Part shown: one piece after another, positions 47,427-58,668 of the stretch
How positions within the stretch are numbered: the first letter of the stretch is position 1
Layout: each line of letters opens with the position of its first letter
From: Clostridia bacterium
GTDB lineage: Bacteria; Bacillota; Clostridia; Monoglobales; Monoglobaceae
Assembly: GCA_045646365.1 (NCBI GenBank)
Contig: JAZRKP010000010.1
Span: 42,820 to 106,819 of the forward strand
DNA: 64,000 bases
Direction: 5' to 3'
Position numbers and translations under genes: made by a program
The notes under the pieces: generated by a model
Database searches by the model: none
What the model saw: only the letters and a program-made list of their open reading frames with translations
What the model was told of the DNA's origin: nothing

Positions 47427-50180
47427 TTAGTCCTCTTTGCCAAGACAACAGTTTTTGAATTTTTTACCGCTTCCGCAAGGACACGGGTCGTTTCTGCCAA
47501 CCTTATCTTTTTTAACAACAGGCTTTTTCTGGGTTGTTCCGTCTCCGCCAAGGTTTTCAGTAACAGGCTTTGCAACCTCTTTTCGTTCAATCTTTGTCTG
47601 CGGAACGATATGGAACAAGTGGCGAACGGTTTCTTCTTTTATTGAAGCAATCATTTCGTCAAACATATCCATAGCCTCAAACTTATATTCAATAACCGGG
47701 TCACGCTGTGCATAAGCCCGGAGGTTGATGCCCTGACGAAGTTGTTCCATACTGTCGATATGGTCCATCCATTTTGAGTCAACCATGCGAAGAAGAATAA
47801 CCTTTTCAACCTCACGGATTTCCTCGCCGAAGAGTTCTTCTTTTTCTGCATATTTTTTCTCAACAACAGGTGTTAAAAGCTCTGCAAGACTGTCAGCGGT
47901 CATTCGGTCAATAGTATAATCATCGAAAGTCATATCGCTTTCGGTAAACTCGCCAAAAACATTGGAAAGTGCTTCACGGAGTGCCTCCCAATCCCAGTCG
48001 TACGCATTGTCTGCGGCAACAGAATAACGGGATATTGTGTCAAGCAAAACGGAAGAAATCATTTTCTTTATACTGCTGCGAATATCCATATCGTCAAGAA
48101 CTTCGTTTCGCTGAGTATAAATCATTTCTCTCTGCTGATTATTAACATCGTCATACTGAAGAACATGTTTTCTGATATTAAAGTTCTTACCCTCAACACG
48201 GGATTGAGCGGTTTCGATTGCATTTGTAACCATACGGCTTTCAAGCGCTTCATCTTCTTCAAATCCGATAACAGACATCATTCGCTCGATTTTATCTGAT
48301 GCGAAAAGTCGCATAAGGTCATCTTCAAGGGAGAGGTAGAATCTTGATTTACCAATATCACCCTGACGACCGCTTCTGCCTCGGAGCTGGTTGTCGATGC
48401 GTCGGCTTTCGTGACGCTCTGTTCCCATAATATACAGACCGCCTGCCTCTAAAACCTCTTTCTGGACAGGAGCAATCTGGTTTTTATATTTTTCGTTAAG
48501 CTCTTTAAAAGTCTTTCTTGCATCAATGATTTCTTCGTTGTCGGTTTCACCAAAAGAAGTCGCTTCACGAATAAGCTCTTCGGAATAACCCATTCTCTCC
48601 ATTTCGCTTTTTGCCATAAACTCAGCATTACCGCCAAGAACAATATCTGTTCCACGCCCCGCCATATTTGTTGCGATTGTAACTGCGCCCGGCTGACCTG
48701 CCTGCGCAACAATTTCGGCTTCCTTTTCGTGGTGTTTTGCGTTTAAGACATTGTGCTTAATTCCTCTCTTGCGGAGAAGAGCGGAAAGCTGTTCTGACTT
48801 TTCGATTGAGATAGTACCGATTAAGACAGGCTGATTTTTCTCGTGCGCCTTGATTGTTTCCTCAACAACGGCATTAAATTTAGCCCTTTCGCTCATATAG
48901 ATAAGGTCAGGAAGGTCTTCTCTTAAAAGAGGCTTGTTTGTCGGGATAACAACAACATCAAGCTTATAGATTTCCTGGAATTCGTCCTCTTCGGTCTGGG
49001 CTGTACCAGTCATACCCGAAAGTTTATTATAAAGGCGGAAGAAGTTCTGGAAAGTTATTGTTGCAAGAGTTTTGCTTTCGTTTTCAACCTTAACGCCTTC
49101 TTTTGCTTCAATCGCCTGATGAAGTCCGTCACTGTATCGTCTGCCAAGCATCATTCTGCCCGTAAATTCATCAACAATGATAACCTGACCGTCTTTAACA
49201 ACATAGTTTATATCACGAATCATAGTTCCGTGTGCCTTGATTGCCTGATTGATGTGGTGGGAAATTGTCATATTGGCAGGGTCGGTAAGATTTTCGAGAT
49301 TAAACGCCTGCTCTGCCTTTTTAACACCAGACGGAGTAAGAGTTGCGGTTCTTGCCTTTTCGTCAACAACATAGTCATAGTCACTGTAAAGCTCTTCAAA
49401 CTCCTCTTTTGAGTCAGTTTCAACAACCTTTTTGCATTTTAAAGTTCTTGCAAACATATCCGCCTGTTGATAGAGTGCTGTTGACTTGTCGCCAACACCC
49501 GAAATAATAAGCGGAGTTCTTGCTTCGTCGATTAAAATACTGTCGACTTCGTCAACGATAGCGTAAGCGTGACCTCTTTGAACACGGCGGTCTTTGTAAA
49601 TAACCATATTGTCACGGAGATAGTCAAAGCCCATTTCGTTATTTGTTCCGTAGGTAATATCAGCGGCATAAGCCTCTCGGCGTTCCGCATTGTCCTTTTC
49701 GTGGATAATGAGTCCGACGGAAAGACCTAAGAAAGTGTAAAGCTTACCCATCCACTCACTGTCACGCTTTGCGAGGTAATCATTTACTGTAACGATATGA
49801 ACGCCTTTTCCTGTAAGGGCGTTAAGATATGCAGGGAGGGTTGCAACCAGAGTTTTACCTTCCCCTGTTTTCATTTCAGCAATTCTGCCCTGATGAAGAA
49901 CAATTCCGCCGATGATCTGAACGGGGAAATGTTTCATTCCCAGAACTCGCCACGAAGCCTCACGGACAACGGCAAATGCTTCGGGGAGAATATCCTCAAG
50001 GGTTTCACCGTTTTTAAGGCGTTCTTTAAAGGCGGGAGTCATAGCCTTAAGCTCGTCATCAGAAAGATATTGCATCTTTTCATCAAGGGCTAAAACCTGC
50101 TCCATAATAGGATTTATTCTTTTAAGTTCACGGTCGCTGTAAGTACCGATAAATTTTTCAATAATGCTTTTTATACTCAT
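47427..50180 (-). CDS. secA: Preprotein translocase ATPase SecA
   Basis: DEAD-motor motifs ([28 protein letters not shown]) and the C-terminal Zn motif [18 protein letters not shown] lies before the ATG at 50180 ([10 protein letters not shown]). Confidence 0.95.
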   Translation of the reverse strand: MSIKSIIEKFIGTYSDRELKRINPIMEQVLALDEKMQYLSDDELKAMTPAFKERLKNGETLEDILPEAFAVVREASWRVLGMKHFPVQIIGGIVLHQGRIAEMKTGEGKTLVATLPAYLNALTGKGVHIVTVNDYLAKRDSEWMGKLYTFLGLSVGLIIHEKDNAERREAYAADITYGTNNEMGFDYLRDNMVIYKDRRVQRGHAYAIVDEVDSILIDEARTPLIISGVGDKSTALYQQADMFARTLKCKKVVETDSKEEFEELYSDYDYVVDEKARTATLTPSGVKKAEQAFNLENLTDPANMTISHHINQAIKAHGTMIRDINYVVKDGQVIIVDEFTGRMMLGRRYSDGLHQAIEAKEGVKVENESKTLATITFQNFFRLYNKLSGMTGTAQTEEDEFQEIYKLDVVVIPTNKPLLREDLPDLIYMSERAKFNAVVEETIKAHEKNQPVLIGTISIEKSEQLSALLRKRGIKHNVLNAKHHEKEAEIVAQAGQPGAVTIATNMAGRGTDIVLGGNAEFMAKSEMERMGYSEELIREATSFGETDNEEIIDARKTFKELNEKYKNQIAPVQKEVLEAGGLYIMGTERHESRRIDNQLRGRSGRQGDIGKSRFYLSLEDDLMRLFASDKIERMMSVIGFEEDEALESRMVTNAIETAQSRVEGKNFNIRKHVLQYDDVNNQQREMIYTQRNEVLDDMDIRSSIKKMISSVLLDTISRYSVAADNAYDWDWEALREALSNVFGEFTESDMTFDDYTIDRMTADSLAELLTPVVEKKYAEKEELFGEEIREVEKVILLRMVDSKWMDHIDSMEQLRQGINLRAYAQRDPVIEYKFEAMDMFDEMIASIKEETVRHLFHIVPQTKIERKEVAKPVTENLGGDGTTQKKPVVKKDKVGRNDPCPCGSGKKFKNCCLGKED

Positions 50181-50284
50181 AGTCAGCCTCCTGAATATAT
50201 ACAAAAACCTAATCATATTTATTATATCATAAATTGCGATAACTTACAAGAGAAAAATGCAAAATTTAACCAAAATTTCACACA

Positions 50285-50312
50285 AAAAAAGACCGAAAAT
50301 ATCGGTCTTTTT
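50285..50312 (-). terminator. Rho-independent terminator
   Basis: aaaaagaccga aaata tcggtcttttt. Confidence 0.75.
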
Positions 50313-50321
50313 AGAAAGTTT

Positions 50322-51086
50322 TCAGCGTTTTTTAAATGCCATAAGTATTGCGCTGACACAGAACATAGATGCAACAATTTCAAGGCATCCGTTTATGGTT
50401 ACAATACCTATAAGAAAATCCATAAATGATTTGCCGACAATTCCGCTTGATGTAAACGCAGTGCCTTTGCCGAAAACAAGCCATGTAAAGATGAGGAAGA
50501 AGAGGGTGTTGGTAAAAGACCCAACTGCTCCCGTAACTGCATAAGTAATATCCCCGCGTTTGCTCTTTGTAAGGATAAACACCAAAAGAGCGAAAATGAT
50601 AAGCGCAAGGTGGAATGCGATTATATAAGATGTTCCGCTCAAATAACCTTTTAACAGTTTTATTATAAGATGGAACAAAACAATACCGATTATCCAGACA
50701 ATAGAAAGCTTTGTTGCCTTGCTTCGTCTTTTCAAAAATTTCTCCACATAATACGGAAAAATTCCCGTAAGTATTCTCGGCATAAAGCAGATAACAAGGC
50801 TTAGCCAGCTTGTTTCAACCTGTGGAGAAAGGCTGTACCACGGTACAAACAAAAATGATGTAAGTCCCGGATTTATGGTGTTATTGATAAGACTTGTCAA
50901 ACCAAAAACAAATCCTAAAAACGCGCCTTTTCCCGGCCCGAGTAATACGGAGCCAACGATAACGGGTATTTGAATAAGCGTAATCTTAACAATCCACGGA
51001 ATATAGCCAAGAGGCGTAAATGTCATCAAGGCGATTATTGCGGTGAAAAGTGATAAAATAACTAAATCTTTTGCATTGTTTTTCAT
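50322..51086 (-). CDS. Probable ECF-transporter S component (substrate unknown)
   Basis: 254 aa and polytopic. The N-terminus LVILSLFTAIIALMTFTPLGYIP...ITLIQIPVIVGSVLLGP is typical of S components. GGAGG lies 7 nt before the ATG at 51086. Confidence 0.55.
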   Translation of the reverse strand: MKNNAKDLVILSLFTAIIALMTFTPLGYIPWIVKITLIQIPVIVGSVLLGPGKGAFLGFVFGLTSLINNTINPGLTSFLFVPWYSLSPQVETSWLSLVICFMPRILTGIFPYYVEKFLKRRSKATKLSIVWIIGIVLFHLIIKLLKGYLSGTSYIIAFHLALIIFALLVFILTKSKRGDITYAVTGAVGSFTNTLFFLIFTWLVFGKGTAFTSSGIVGKSFMDFLIGIVTINGCLEIVASMFCVSAILMAFKKR

Positions 51087-51158
51087 AAAAATTCCTCCGG
51101 TCCCCGCCACGGATGTGGTCGGTGCTTTCTTAATTTTTTATATATATTTTATTTTATT

Positions 51159-53081
51159 TTATACGATTTTTGCGCCTGACTGAATATCGCTTTCAACTGT
51201 TGTAACAACAAGTTTTCCGTCATGCTCTGCTGAAAGAATCATTCCGCAGGACTCATATCCCATCATTTTTCTCGGTGGGAGATTTGCGATAAACAGAAGG
51301 TTTTTGCCGATTAAGTCCTCAGGCTTATAGTATTTAGCAATACCAGACAAAATCTGGCGAGTGTCAGAGCCGACCTCTAAAGTGAATCTCAAAAGCTTAT
51401 TGGATTTCGGAACATTTTCACATTCCAAAACTTTACCAACTCTTATATCAAGCTCCAAAAACTTCTCAAAATCAATATTTTCTGCATAAGGTTCAATCTC
51501 GATTTTCTCTTCAGGAACAGCAAATTCAGCCTCAAGCTCAGCCATTTTCTTTTCAGCATCAATTCTTGCGAAAAGCGGTGTAGCTTCGCCGATTTTGGTT
51601 TCTGCCTTAAGGTTTCCGAATGTGAGAGAGTCAAATTCGAGATTATCAAAGCTTAACTGCTTTGCGATTTTTTCACCGGTTTCAGGCATAAACGGAGAAA
51701 TGAGAGATGCGATAAATCTGATTGATTCAGCAAGATTATACATAACCTTAGCCAAAACATCCTTTTTACTCTCGTCTTTAGCCAGTGCCCATGGCATAGT
51801 TTCGTCAATATATTTGTTTGCTCTGTTTGCGATACCGATAACTTCGCCAAGAGCGTCTGCAACACGAAGCTCGTTCATAAGAGTTTCTGCCTTGTTTTTA
51901 GCGTCTTCACAGGTCTTGATAAGGTCAGCGTCAAACTCGGTTGAAGCGTTTGATGCAGGAATAACACCGTCAAAATATTTGTTTATCATTGCTGCAGTAC
52001 GGTTAACAAGGTTACCGAGTGTGTTGGCAAGGTCAGTGTTAAATGATGTTATAATCTTTTCGTATGTTATCGTTCCGTCCTGAGCAAACGGCATTTCACG
52101 GAGGAGATAGTATCTTACTGCGTCAACTCCGAAATGACGAACCAAATCATCGGCGTAAATAACATTACCCAAAGACTTACTCATCTTGTCTGTGCCGTTT
52201 AAAAGCCACGGATGACCGAAAATCTGTTTCGGAAGCGGTTCACCGAGAGCCATAAGGATAATCGGCCAGTATATTGTGTGGAATCTTAAAATATCCTTAC
52301 CGATAATGTGAACATCGGCAGGCCAGTATTTTTCGTAAAGCTCACCTTTTTTGTCAGGTGTGTAGCCGAGCGCGTTAATGTAGTTGGAGAGAGCGTCAAT
52401 CCAAACATAAATAACGTGCTTATCGTCAAATGTGACAGGGATACCCCAGTCAAAACTGCTTCGGGAAACGCATAAATCCTGAATGCCCGGCTTTATGAAG
52501 TTGTTAACCATTTCCTTTTTACGGGATTCAGGCTGAATAAACTCAGGGTTTTCCTCAATATGTTTCATTAAGGCGTCCTGATATTTGCTCATTTTGAAGA
52601 AATAAGCTTCCTCGTTTTCTTTGTGAACTTCTCTCCCACAGTCAGGGCATTTTCCGTCAACTAACTGAGTGTCTGTCCAGAAAGATTCGCAAGGAGTACA
52701 GTACCAGCCCTCGTAAGAGCTTTTGTAAATATCACCCTTGTCGTATAATTTCTTAAATATTTTCTGAACACTGTCAACATGGTAATCATCGGTTGTTCTG
52801 ATGAATTTGTCGTAGCTTGTGTTCATTAAATCCCATATTGTACGGATTTCCCCTGCAACACCGTCAACATATTTCTGTGGTGTTATGCCTGCCTTTTCAG
52901 CAAGCTCCTGAATTTTCTGACCATGCTCGTCTGTTCCTGTTAAAAAGAACACATCATAGCCTAAATATCTTTTAAATCTTGCTATTGCATCAGTTAAAAC
53001 CACTTCATAAGTGTTACCGATATGCGGTTTTCTTGATGTGTACGCAATTGCGGTTGTAATGTAAAATTTTCCTTTATTCAT
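51159..53081 (-). CDS. metG: Methionine--tRNA ligase with a C-terminal tRNA-binding (EMAP/Trbp111-like) domain
   Basis: HIGN (PHIGNTYE), KMSKS, a Zn knuckle CPDCGREV, and a C-terminal OB domain (LDIRVGKVLECENVPKSNKLLRF). Confidence 0.95.
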   Translation of the reverse strand: MNKGKFYITTAIAYTSRKPHIGNTYEVVLTDAIARFKRYLGYDVFFLTGTDEHGQKIQELAEKAGITPQKYVDGVAGEIRTIWDLMNTSYDKFIRTTDDYHVDSVQKIFKKLYDKGDIYKSSYEGWYCTPCESFWTDTQLVDGKCPDCGREVHKENEEAYFFKMSKYQDALMKHIEENPEFIQPESRKKEMVNNFIKPGIQDLCVSRSSFDWGIPVTFDDKHVIYVWIDALSNYINALGYTPDKKGELYEKYWPADVHIIGKDILRFHTIYWPIILMALGEPLPKQIFGHPWLLNGTDKMSKSLGNVIYADDLVRHFGVDAVRYYLLREMPFAQDGTITYEKIITSFNTDLANTLGNLVNRTAAMINKYFDGVIPASNASTEFDADLIKTCEDAKNKAETLMNELRVADALGEVIGIANRANKYIDETMPWALAKDESKKDVLAKVMYNLAESIRFIASLISPFMPETGEKIAKQLSFDNLEFDSLTFGNLKAETKIGEATPLFARIDAEKKMAELEAEFAVPEEKIEIEPYAENIDFEKFLELDIRVGKVLECENVPKSNKLLRFTLEVGSDTRQILSGIAKYYKPEDLIGKNLLFIANLPPRKMMGYESCGMILSAEHDGKLVVTTVESDIQSGAKIV

Positions 53082-53084
53082 AAT

Positions 53085-54098
53085 CTATTTCCTTTCTTCA
53101 CCGTATGGGATTCCAAAATGTTCGTATGCAAGAGGAGTAACCAGTCGTCCTCTTGGTGTTCGGTTGATAAAGCCGATTTGCATCAGGTATGGCTCGTAAA
53201 CATCCTCAATGGTTTCGCTTTCCTCCCCGATTGTTGCAGCTAAAGTGTCAAGACCGACAGGACCTCCGCCATAGTGCTTTATAACAGTCAAAAGCATTGT
53301 TCTGTCGGAGCGGTCAAGCCCTAAAGAGTCAATATCAAGCATCTTAAGAGCTTCGTCTGCAACGGTTCGTGTAATAACTCCGTCTGCTTTAATCTGGGCA
53401 AAGTCACGAACTCGTTTTAAAAGTCTGTTTGCGATTCTCGGTGTTCCTCTTGAACGGGAGGCAATCTCTGCTGCACCGTCTGTATCAATTTCTATATTAA
53501 GTATTCCCGCAGAACGGGTAACAATTTCCGAAAGTTCTTCGTTTGTATACATTTCAAGTCGGCTTATAACCCCGAATCGGTCACGGAGCGGAGCGGTAAG
53601 AGCGCCTGCCTTTGTGGTTGCCCCGATAAGCGTAAAATGAGGTAGGTCAAGACGGATTGACCGAGCCGACGGACCTTTGCCGATAATAATATCTAAGGCA
53701 TAGTCCTCCATAGCAGGGTATAAAATCTCTTCAACACTACGGCTTAATCTGTGAATTTCGTCAACAAAAAGGATGTCCTTTTCGGATAAGTTCGTAAGGA
53801 GCGCCGCAAGGTCACCGGGTTTCTCAATAGCAGGACCTGATGTAACTCTTATATTAACGCCCATTTCGTTTGCGATAATGGTTGAAAGAGTGGTCTTTCC
53901 AAGTCCGGGCGGGCCGTAGAGAAGAACATGGTCCAAAGACTCGTCTCTGTGTTTTGCCGCATCAATGAAAACCTTGAGATTTTCTTTCGCCTTTGTCTGA
54001 CCAATATATTCGTCAAGGCGTTTCGGGCGTAGGCTATATTCATTTTCTTCATCACCGACAGTTTCGGTGGTCGTAACAATTCTGTTTTCTTCGTCCAT
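53085..54098 (-). CDS. ruvB: Holliday junction helicase RuvB
   Basis: [21 protein letters not shown] and DEIHRL. Confidence 0.95.
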   Translation of the reverse strand: MDEENRIVTTTETVGDEENEYSLRPKRLDEYIGQTKAKENLKVFIDAAKHRDESLDHVLLYGPPGLGKTTLSTIIANEMGVNIRVTSGPAIEKPGDLAALLTNLSEKDILFVDEIHRLSRSVEEILYPAMEDYALDIIIGKGPSARSIRLDLPHFTLIGATTKAGALTAPLRDRFGVISRLEMYTNEELSEIVTRSAGILNIEIDTDGAAEIASRSRGTPRIANRLLKRVRDFAQIKADGVITRTVADEALKMLDIDSLGLDRSDRTMLLTVIKHYGGGPVGLDTLAATIGEESETIEDVYEPYLMQIGFINRTPRGRLVTPLAYEHFGIPYGEERK

Positions 54099-54099
54099 T

Positions 54100-54699
54100 T
54101 TAACCTCTCATCAATTTTTTAAGTGCTTCTTTGACAATATCCTCAACAGAGCCTGTAAGTCCGTTTACTGCAGACTTTGCCTCTTGCGGAGAATAGCCTA
54201 AAACAACCAAAGCGGAAACCGCCTCGTTATCCTCGTCAGCACCGGGAAGGGAAATAACCTCATCAGCATCAATACTGCCAATATCCATTCCCTTGAATTT
54301 GTCTTTAAGCTCTAAAACAATCCTCTGAGCACCCTTTGAACCAAGCCCCGGAGTTTTTTGAGCTATGTATTTATAATCGTTTGTAACAACACAGAGCGCA
54401 AACTTTGACGGAGACATATTGGATAAAAGAGAAATGGCGGTTTTTGCACCAATTCTTGAAACAGAGGTAATCATCTCGAAAAGATTCTGCTCCTCAAGGG
54501 TGGAAAATCCGTATAAATCCATTATATCGGAAGCGGATTTGAAGTTTAAAAAGGTGAAAAGCTTTGCGTTTTCACCAACTCCGCCAATCTCGTCAAGAGT
54601 GTTCTTGCTTGCGAAAATTTTATAGCCGATACCGTTTGCGTCAATAACTGCAAAGTTCTCGGTTTTAAGGGCAATTTTCCCCGATATATAGTAAAACAT
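54100..54699 (-). CDS. ruvA: Holliday junction DNA-binding protein RuvA
   Basis: MFYYISGKI, HhH motifs ([21 protein letters not shown]) and C-terminal domain III. Confidence 0.9.
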   Translation of the reverse strand: MFYYISGKIALKTENFAVIDANGIGYKIFASKNTLDEIGGVGENAKLFTFLNFKSASDIMDLYGFSTLEEQNLFEMITSVSRIGAKTAISLLSNMSPSKFALCVVTNDYKYIAQKTPGLGSKGAQRIVLELKDKFKGMDIGSIDADEVISLPGADEDNEAVSALVVLGYSPQEAKSAVNGLTGSVEDIVKEALKKLMRG

Positions 54700-54719
54700 A
54701 CCTGTTGCTCCTTTGTATT

Positions 54720-55574
54720 TTATTTTCTTCCGATAAAGTCAAGAATTTCGTCAAGACGCTTGTTCCCAACATCAATTCCCTGAAGATAAAGTTTATCGAG
54801 AATTTCAGGATTGCTTTCCGTTCTGCTTATGCCCTGAATTCTTTCAGGACGGATAATAAGCGCTCTGCCCTCGCTTTGTAGCTTTTTCAGCTCATCAACG
54901 GATGAATTGTATATTTCGGGGCGTTTATGCAAAGAGGACATAAATTCGGGATAATTGTGATAAGCCAGATTAACAAGCTTTTCGGATTTGCTTTTATCTT
55001 TACGGTAACCCTCTTCACGGGTAAGAATAACAATGATTTTGTCGCATCCGTCCTCTAAAGCCTTTTTATAAGGGATAGGGTCGCATATTCCGCCGTCAAG
55101 ATATTTAACTCCGTCTATTTTGATAGGCTTGAACATTATAGGAAGTGCACAGCTTGCGCGGATAATCGTAAAAGCCTTATCGTCAGCAGGGACGGGCATA
55201 TATTCAACCTTTCCTGTTTTCAAATTGGTAACTGTTGCGATAACGGCACCCTCAAACTTGGAAAATTCTTCAAAATCAAAAAGAACTTCTTTGTTGGGAA
55301 TATCACCAAAAACGAAATCAAGATTATAATAGCTACGATTTTTGGGATTGAAAAGATGCTTCATTCCCATATAGCGTTTGTCTGACATATATTTCACGGC
55401 AACGGTACGGTTTCTGCCGATTTGTTTGGAGGCATAGGATGTTCCGTAGGCAATTCCTGCGGAAGTTCCGATAACATAATCCGTAACGATATTATTTTCC
55501 AGAAGAACATCCATAACACCGCAGGAAAAGACTGTCCTGCTTGCTCCGCCTTCTAAAACAAGTCCGATTTTCAT
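54720..55574 (-). CDS. Patatin-like phospholipase
   Basis: GGASRT oxyanion motif, the GTSAG nucleophile elbow and the DGG catalytic Asp. Confidence 0.8.
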   Translation of the reverse strand: MKIGLVLEGGASRTVFSCGVMDVLLENNIVTDYVIGTSAGIAYGTSYASKQIGRNRTVAVKYMSDKRYMGMKHLFNPKNRSYYNLDFVFGDIPNKEVLFDFEEFSKFEGAVIATVTNLKTGKVEYMPVPADDKAFTIIRASCALPIMFKPIKIDGVKYLDGGICDPIPYKKALEDGCDKIIVILTREEGYRKDKSKSEKLVNLAYHNYPEFMSSLHKRPEIYNSSVDELKKLQSEGRALIIRPERIQGISRTESNPEILDKLYLQGIDVGNKRLDEILDFIGRK

Positions 55575-55660
55575 TCTGTAGCTCCTTTGATATTATTTGA
55601 AAAGAGGCCGTGTTCTGACCTCGGATATTCGAGTATATTCATAATAAAACATACACAACA

Positions 55661-55689
55661 ATTATATACCTAAAATGCTGATTTGTCAA
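55661..55689 (-). promoter_or_regulatory. Consensus sigma-A promoter for the patatin-ruvAB-metG gene string
   Basis: On the minus strand: TTGACA (55689-55684), a 17-nt spacer, then TATAAT (55666-55661). Confidence 0.6.
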
Positions 55690-55692
55690 TAG

Positions 55693-55730
55693 AAAAACCC
55701 TCTTAAAAGGCTATTTTAAGAGGGTTTTTG
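55693..55730 (-). terminator. Rho-independent terminator
   Basis: aaaaaccctcttaaaa...ttttaagagggttttt. Confidence 0.8.
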
Positions 55731-55733
55731 AAT

Positions 55734-56435
55734 TTAATATTTAATTTCATTTGCAATTTCGTAAATTGACATATCGTTCATACGCTTACTCCAGGAAAGG
55801 GTGGCAAGCTTATATGTATCGTAATCATATTTAATTTCCAGGTCGGAAATGGTTGCAAAGTCAGCCGTTGAACTATAAACGCAATCTGCAACGGACATTG
55901 AATATTCCGCAAGGGCATACTTGTTCATAATTTCTTCACCGCCGTCTCTTACGAGAGTAACAGTACATTCGATTTTGCCGTTTGTTATGTCTGTATCGTT
56001 AAAAACAATATCCTTTTTCTCGGATGCGTTAAGGTCAACAAACACGGAAACACTGTCGAAAGCGATTCCTCTTGCGGACAAAGCCTCCGAAATAACAGCT
56101 TCGGCGTTGTTCTGATACTGAATGGCTTTAGCGGTATATTTCTCATTGTAATACTCATCGTATTCCATAAAAAATGAACCACTGTAATTAAGCGAGATTG
56201 TCATATCTTCGCCAATGCAGTCGGCAACATACTGCTGAAAAGCACTATCGTATGAAACGGTAACATTTTTTGCCTTGAAATCAGGATAGTTTTCTGCAAT
56301 ATATTCTTCGGCATAATCTTCAATTTTAATCTTTTTGTAAAAGTTAAAGGGACTATCAAGAACAAATAATGCGTAATAAATTCCGAGAATAATTACGGCA
56401 ATAATCCCCAATGCGGTAATATGTCGTCTTCTCAT
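55734..56435 (-). CDS. Hypothetical membrane-anchored protein
   Basis: N-terminal TM segment (ITALGIIAVIILGIYYALFVL). No motif recognised. Confidence 0.55.
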   Translation of the reverse strand: MRRRHITALGIIAVIILGIYYALFVLDSPFNFYKKIKIEDYAEEYIAENYPDFKAKNVTVSYDSAFQQYVADCIGEDMTISLNYSGSFFMEYDEYYNEKYTAKAIQYQNNAEAVISEALSARGIAFDSVSVFVDLNASEKKDIVFNDTDITNGKIECTVTLVRDGGEEIMNKYALAEYSMSVADCVYSSTADFATISDLEIKYDYDTYKLATLSWSKRMNDMSIYEIANEIKY

Positions 56436-56567
56436 TTTCCGCCTCCGTGGATGGAATAATATTATTCATTTAACTATTATATCATAAACTTTATAAATAT
56501 GCAAGAATTTTCATTATCAATCCAGATGTCAAATATACCGAAAAAAATAATATTTTTTAGTGCAATT

Positions 56568-57329
56568 TTACTCTTTGCCGTTTTTCTTTTTCTGTATATT
56601 ATAGGCTATACGCAATGCAATTTTACAGGGGACAAGCCTGTTTAAAATGTAGGCAAGTTTAATTGATAAACCGGGGATAATAACGGTTTTGTTCTTCAAT
56701 GCTTTTTTAATGGCGTATTCTGCAGTTTTGTAACTGTCGAGACCTTTCAGGGCAAAGGATACTCCGGCAACAGAATTAAATTCAGTATTAACGGGACCGG
56801 GGCAGAGGACACTGATTTTAACAGAACTTTGCCTTTTTCTCAGCTCTTCGTAAATTCCTCGGGTCAGACTGACTACATATGCTTTTGTTGCATAATAGGA
56901 TGCCATAAGGGGCCCGCCGGGCATAAGCCCTGCTGAGGAGGCAACATTCAAAATTCCGCCTTTGCCTTTTTCCTCAAAATATTCAAGAAATTTCTTTGTG
57001 AGAATATGTACTGCGGAAATATTTAAATCAATCATATCAAGTTCCGTTTCAAGGTCACTTTCGGAAAAATCACCGAAAAGTCCGAAACCTGCATTGTTTA
57101 TAGCAAGGTCAAAGTCCTCGCCTTTGATTTTATCATAGAAATCAAGACAGTTTTTTGTGATTGATAAGTCCACGGGAATAACCGTAACGGCGGTGGGGAG
57201 CTCTTTGGCAAGCTTTAAAAGTCTGTCCTCACGACGGGCGGTTATTATAAGGTCATAGCCCATTTTCGAAAGAACCCGTGCCATATCCGCACCTATTCCC
57301 GATGATGCACCTGTTATAACTGCTTTCAT
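56568..57329 (-). CDS. SDR-family oxidoreductase
   Basis: TGASSGIG, NNAG and YxxxK (YYATKAYV). Confidence 0.8.
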   Translation of the reverse strand: MKAVITGASSGIGADMARVLSKMGYDLIITARREDRLLKLAKELPTAVTVIPVDLSITKNCLDFYDKIKGEDFDLAINNAGFGLFGDFSESDLETELDMIDLNISAVHILTKKFLEYFEEKGKGGILNVASSAGLMPGGPLMASYYATKAYVVSLTRGIYEELRKRQSSVKISVLCPGPVNTEFNSVAGVSFALKGLDSYKTAEYAIKKALKNKTVIIPGLSIKLAYILNRLVPCKIALRIAYNIQKKKNGKE

Positions 57330-57393
57330 AATAAATCACCTCTGAAATGTTGTTATTTAAAAGATAACACATAAAATAAAGAATGTCAAATTC

Positions 57394-57422
57394 TTGACAC
57401 AAAAGGGATTGTAAAGTATAAT
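57394..57422 (+). promoter_or_regulatory. Consensus sigma-A promoter
   Basis: TTGACA, a 17-nt spacer, then TATAAT. Confidence 0.6.
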
Positions 57423-57446
57423 TATATTGGAAAAGGAGGCGGTTGC

Positions 57447-58487
57447 GTGGCTGAAATTCTGACAGTTTATACAGGCGGAACAATATGCTCTTTTGAGACG
57501 GGTGAGTGCAGAAGTCTTGACACATCACGGGCAAAGAGGGTTATTGAGAATAATTTTCACTGTAATAAGGAAAGGTTCGGAGTTGAAGAAGAGATTGTTT
57601 TTAAGGACTCTGGTTTAACAGAAAAGACCTTGAGCGAAAATATGACAACGGATAAACTGATAAATATTGTCAATCATATAAAATCTTTTGATTTAAATAA
57701 ATATCAAGGAATAATCGTTCTGCACGGAACGGATTCTCTCGCATATACAGCATCGCTTTTTTCCTTTGTGTTTTCGGGTTTGGAGATTCCGATAATGCTT
57801 GTGTCGGGACATAAACCGCCCAATGAAGAGGGAACAAACGCCAATGAGAATTTTGGAACTGCCGTTAAACTTATTGCGGACGGAATTGCTCCAAATGTTT
57901 ATGTTCCATACAAAAACACAGACGGGAAAATGTGGGTTCATCTGGGGGCAACACTTATGCAATGTCCGAACTTTTCCGATGATTTTGAAAATTCTGATAA
58001 GAACAAGAAATTTCTGATTGATGACGAGACGCTTTTCTGTAAATGTAAAAGATATTCCGAGGTCCGTAAGGTTGTTGATTTGACTGAGAAAAAAGGGAAG
58101 TCGGTATTGAAAATTTCCCCATACACAGGTCTTGACTATAAGAACATAAAGCTTCGGGGAGTTGGTGCGGTAGTTCACGGGGCATATCATTCAGGGACGG
58201 TCTGCGTTGAGCGAAATAAAGACGGCGAAAACTACGGCAGTGCATCTGTTTTGTGGTTTGCCGATAAATGCAGAAAGAGAAATATTCCGATTTTTGTTGC
58301 TCCGTCAAATCTGGGCGAAGAGCAGTATTCATCAGTTTTTGATGCGGTGGAAAACGGAGGGGTTATTCCGCTTCATATGACAACGGAATCGGCATATACA
58401 AAGGCTCTTTTGGGCGTGAGAGCAGGTTTTTCGGGGGCTGAATTAACAGAATTTATGAGGAAGGAAATCAATAACGAGTTCGTTTGA
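57447..58487 (+). CDS. Asparaginase-family protein (type I-like)
   Basis: GTG start after AAGGAGG. It carries VYTGGTI and VLHGTDSLAYTAS. Confidence 0.75.
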   Translation: MAEILTVYTGGTICSFETGECRSLDTSRAKRVIENNFHCNKERFGVEEEIVFKDSGLTEKTLSENMTTDKLINIVNHIKSFDLNKYQGIIVLHGTDSLAYTASLFSFVFSGLEIPIMLVSGHKPPNEEGTNANENFGTAVKLIADGIAPNVYVPYKNTDGKMWVHLGATLMQCPNFSDDFENSDKNKKFLIDDETLFCKCKRYSEVRKVVDLTEKKGKSVLKISPYTGLDYKNIKLRGVGAVVHGAYHSGTVCVERNKDGENYGSASVLWFADKCRKRNIPIFVAPSNLGEEQYSSVFDAVENGGVIPLHMTTESAYTKALLGVRAGFSGAELTEFMRKEINNEFV

Positions 58488-58564
58488 AATTTTCGCTGAA
58501 CTGAAAACTATATAACTTGCACAGAAAAAATTGAAAAAAATGTTGAAATTTTTGAAAAAAGTAT

Positions 58565-58593
58565 TTGAAAAATTTCAGGATATGTGATATAAT
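58565..58593 (+). promoter_or_regulatory. Sigma-A promoter of the PFOR gene
   Basis: TTGAAA (58565-58570), a 17-nt spacer, then TATAAT (58588-58593) with the TGTGA extension. Confidence 0.6.
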
Positions 58594-58668
58594 GTTTGGT
58601 GGTGTTAAATCACCAAGCTATAATTTATGTAAAAATTATAAACTATATATTTCAAGGAGGCTTTTAAA

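Noticed and set aside
47286-47645. A 119-aa + strand ORF spanning the secA-prfB spacer and running antisense into secA
   Set aside because: It starts inside the hairpin-rich insert and has no SD. Most of it is antisense to the conserved SecA C-terminus.
51087-51158. A hairpin (CCG-A-CCAC / GUGG-CGG, 51101-51122) between the metG stop and the ECF S-component gene, considered as a small riboswitch (preQ1-like) or terminator
   Set aside because: Only about 70 nt are available. I see no match to preQ1-I/II/III or other small aptamer consensus, and no U-tract directly after the stem. It is most simply an mRNA-processing or weak pausing hairpin. An Rfam scan is still worthwhile.
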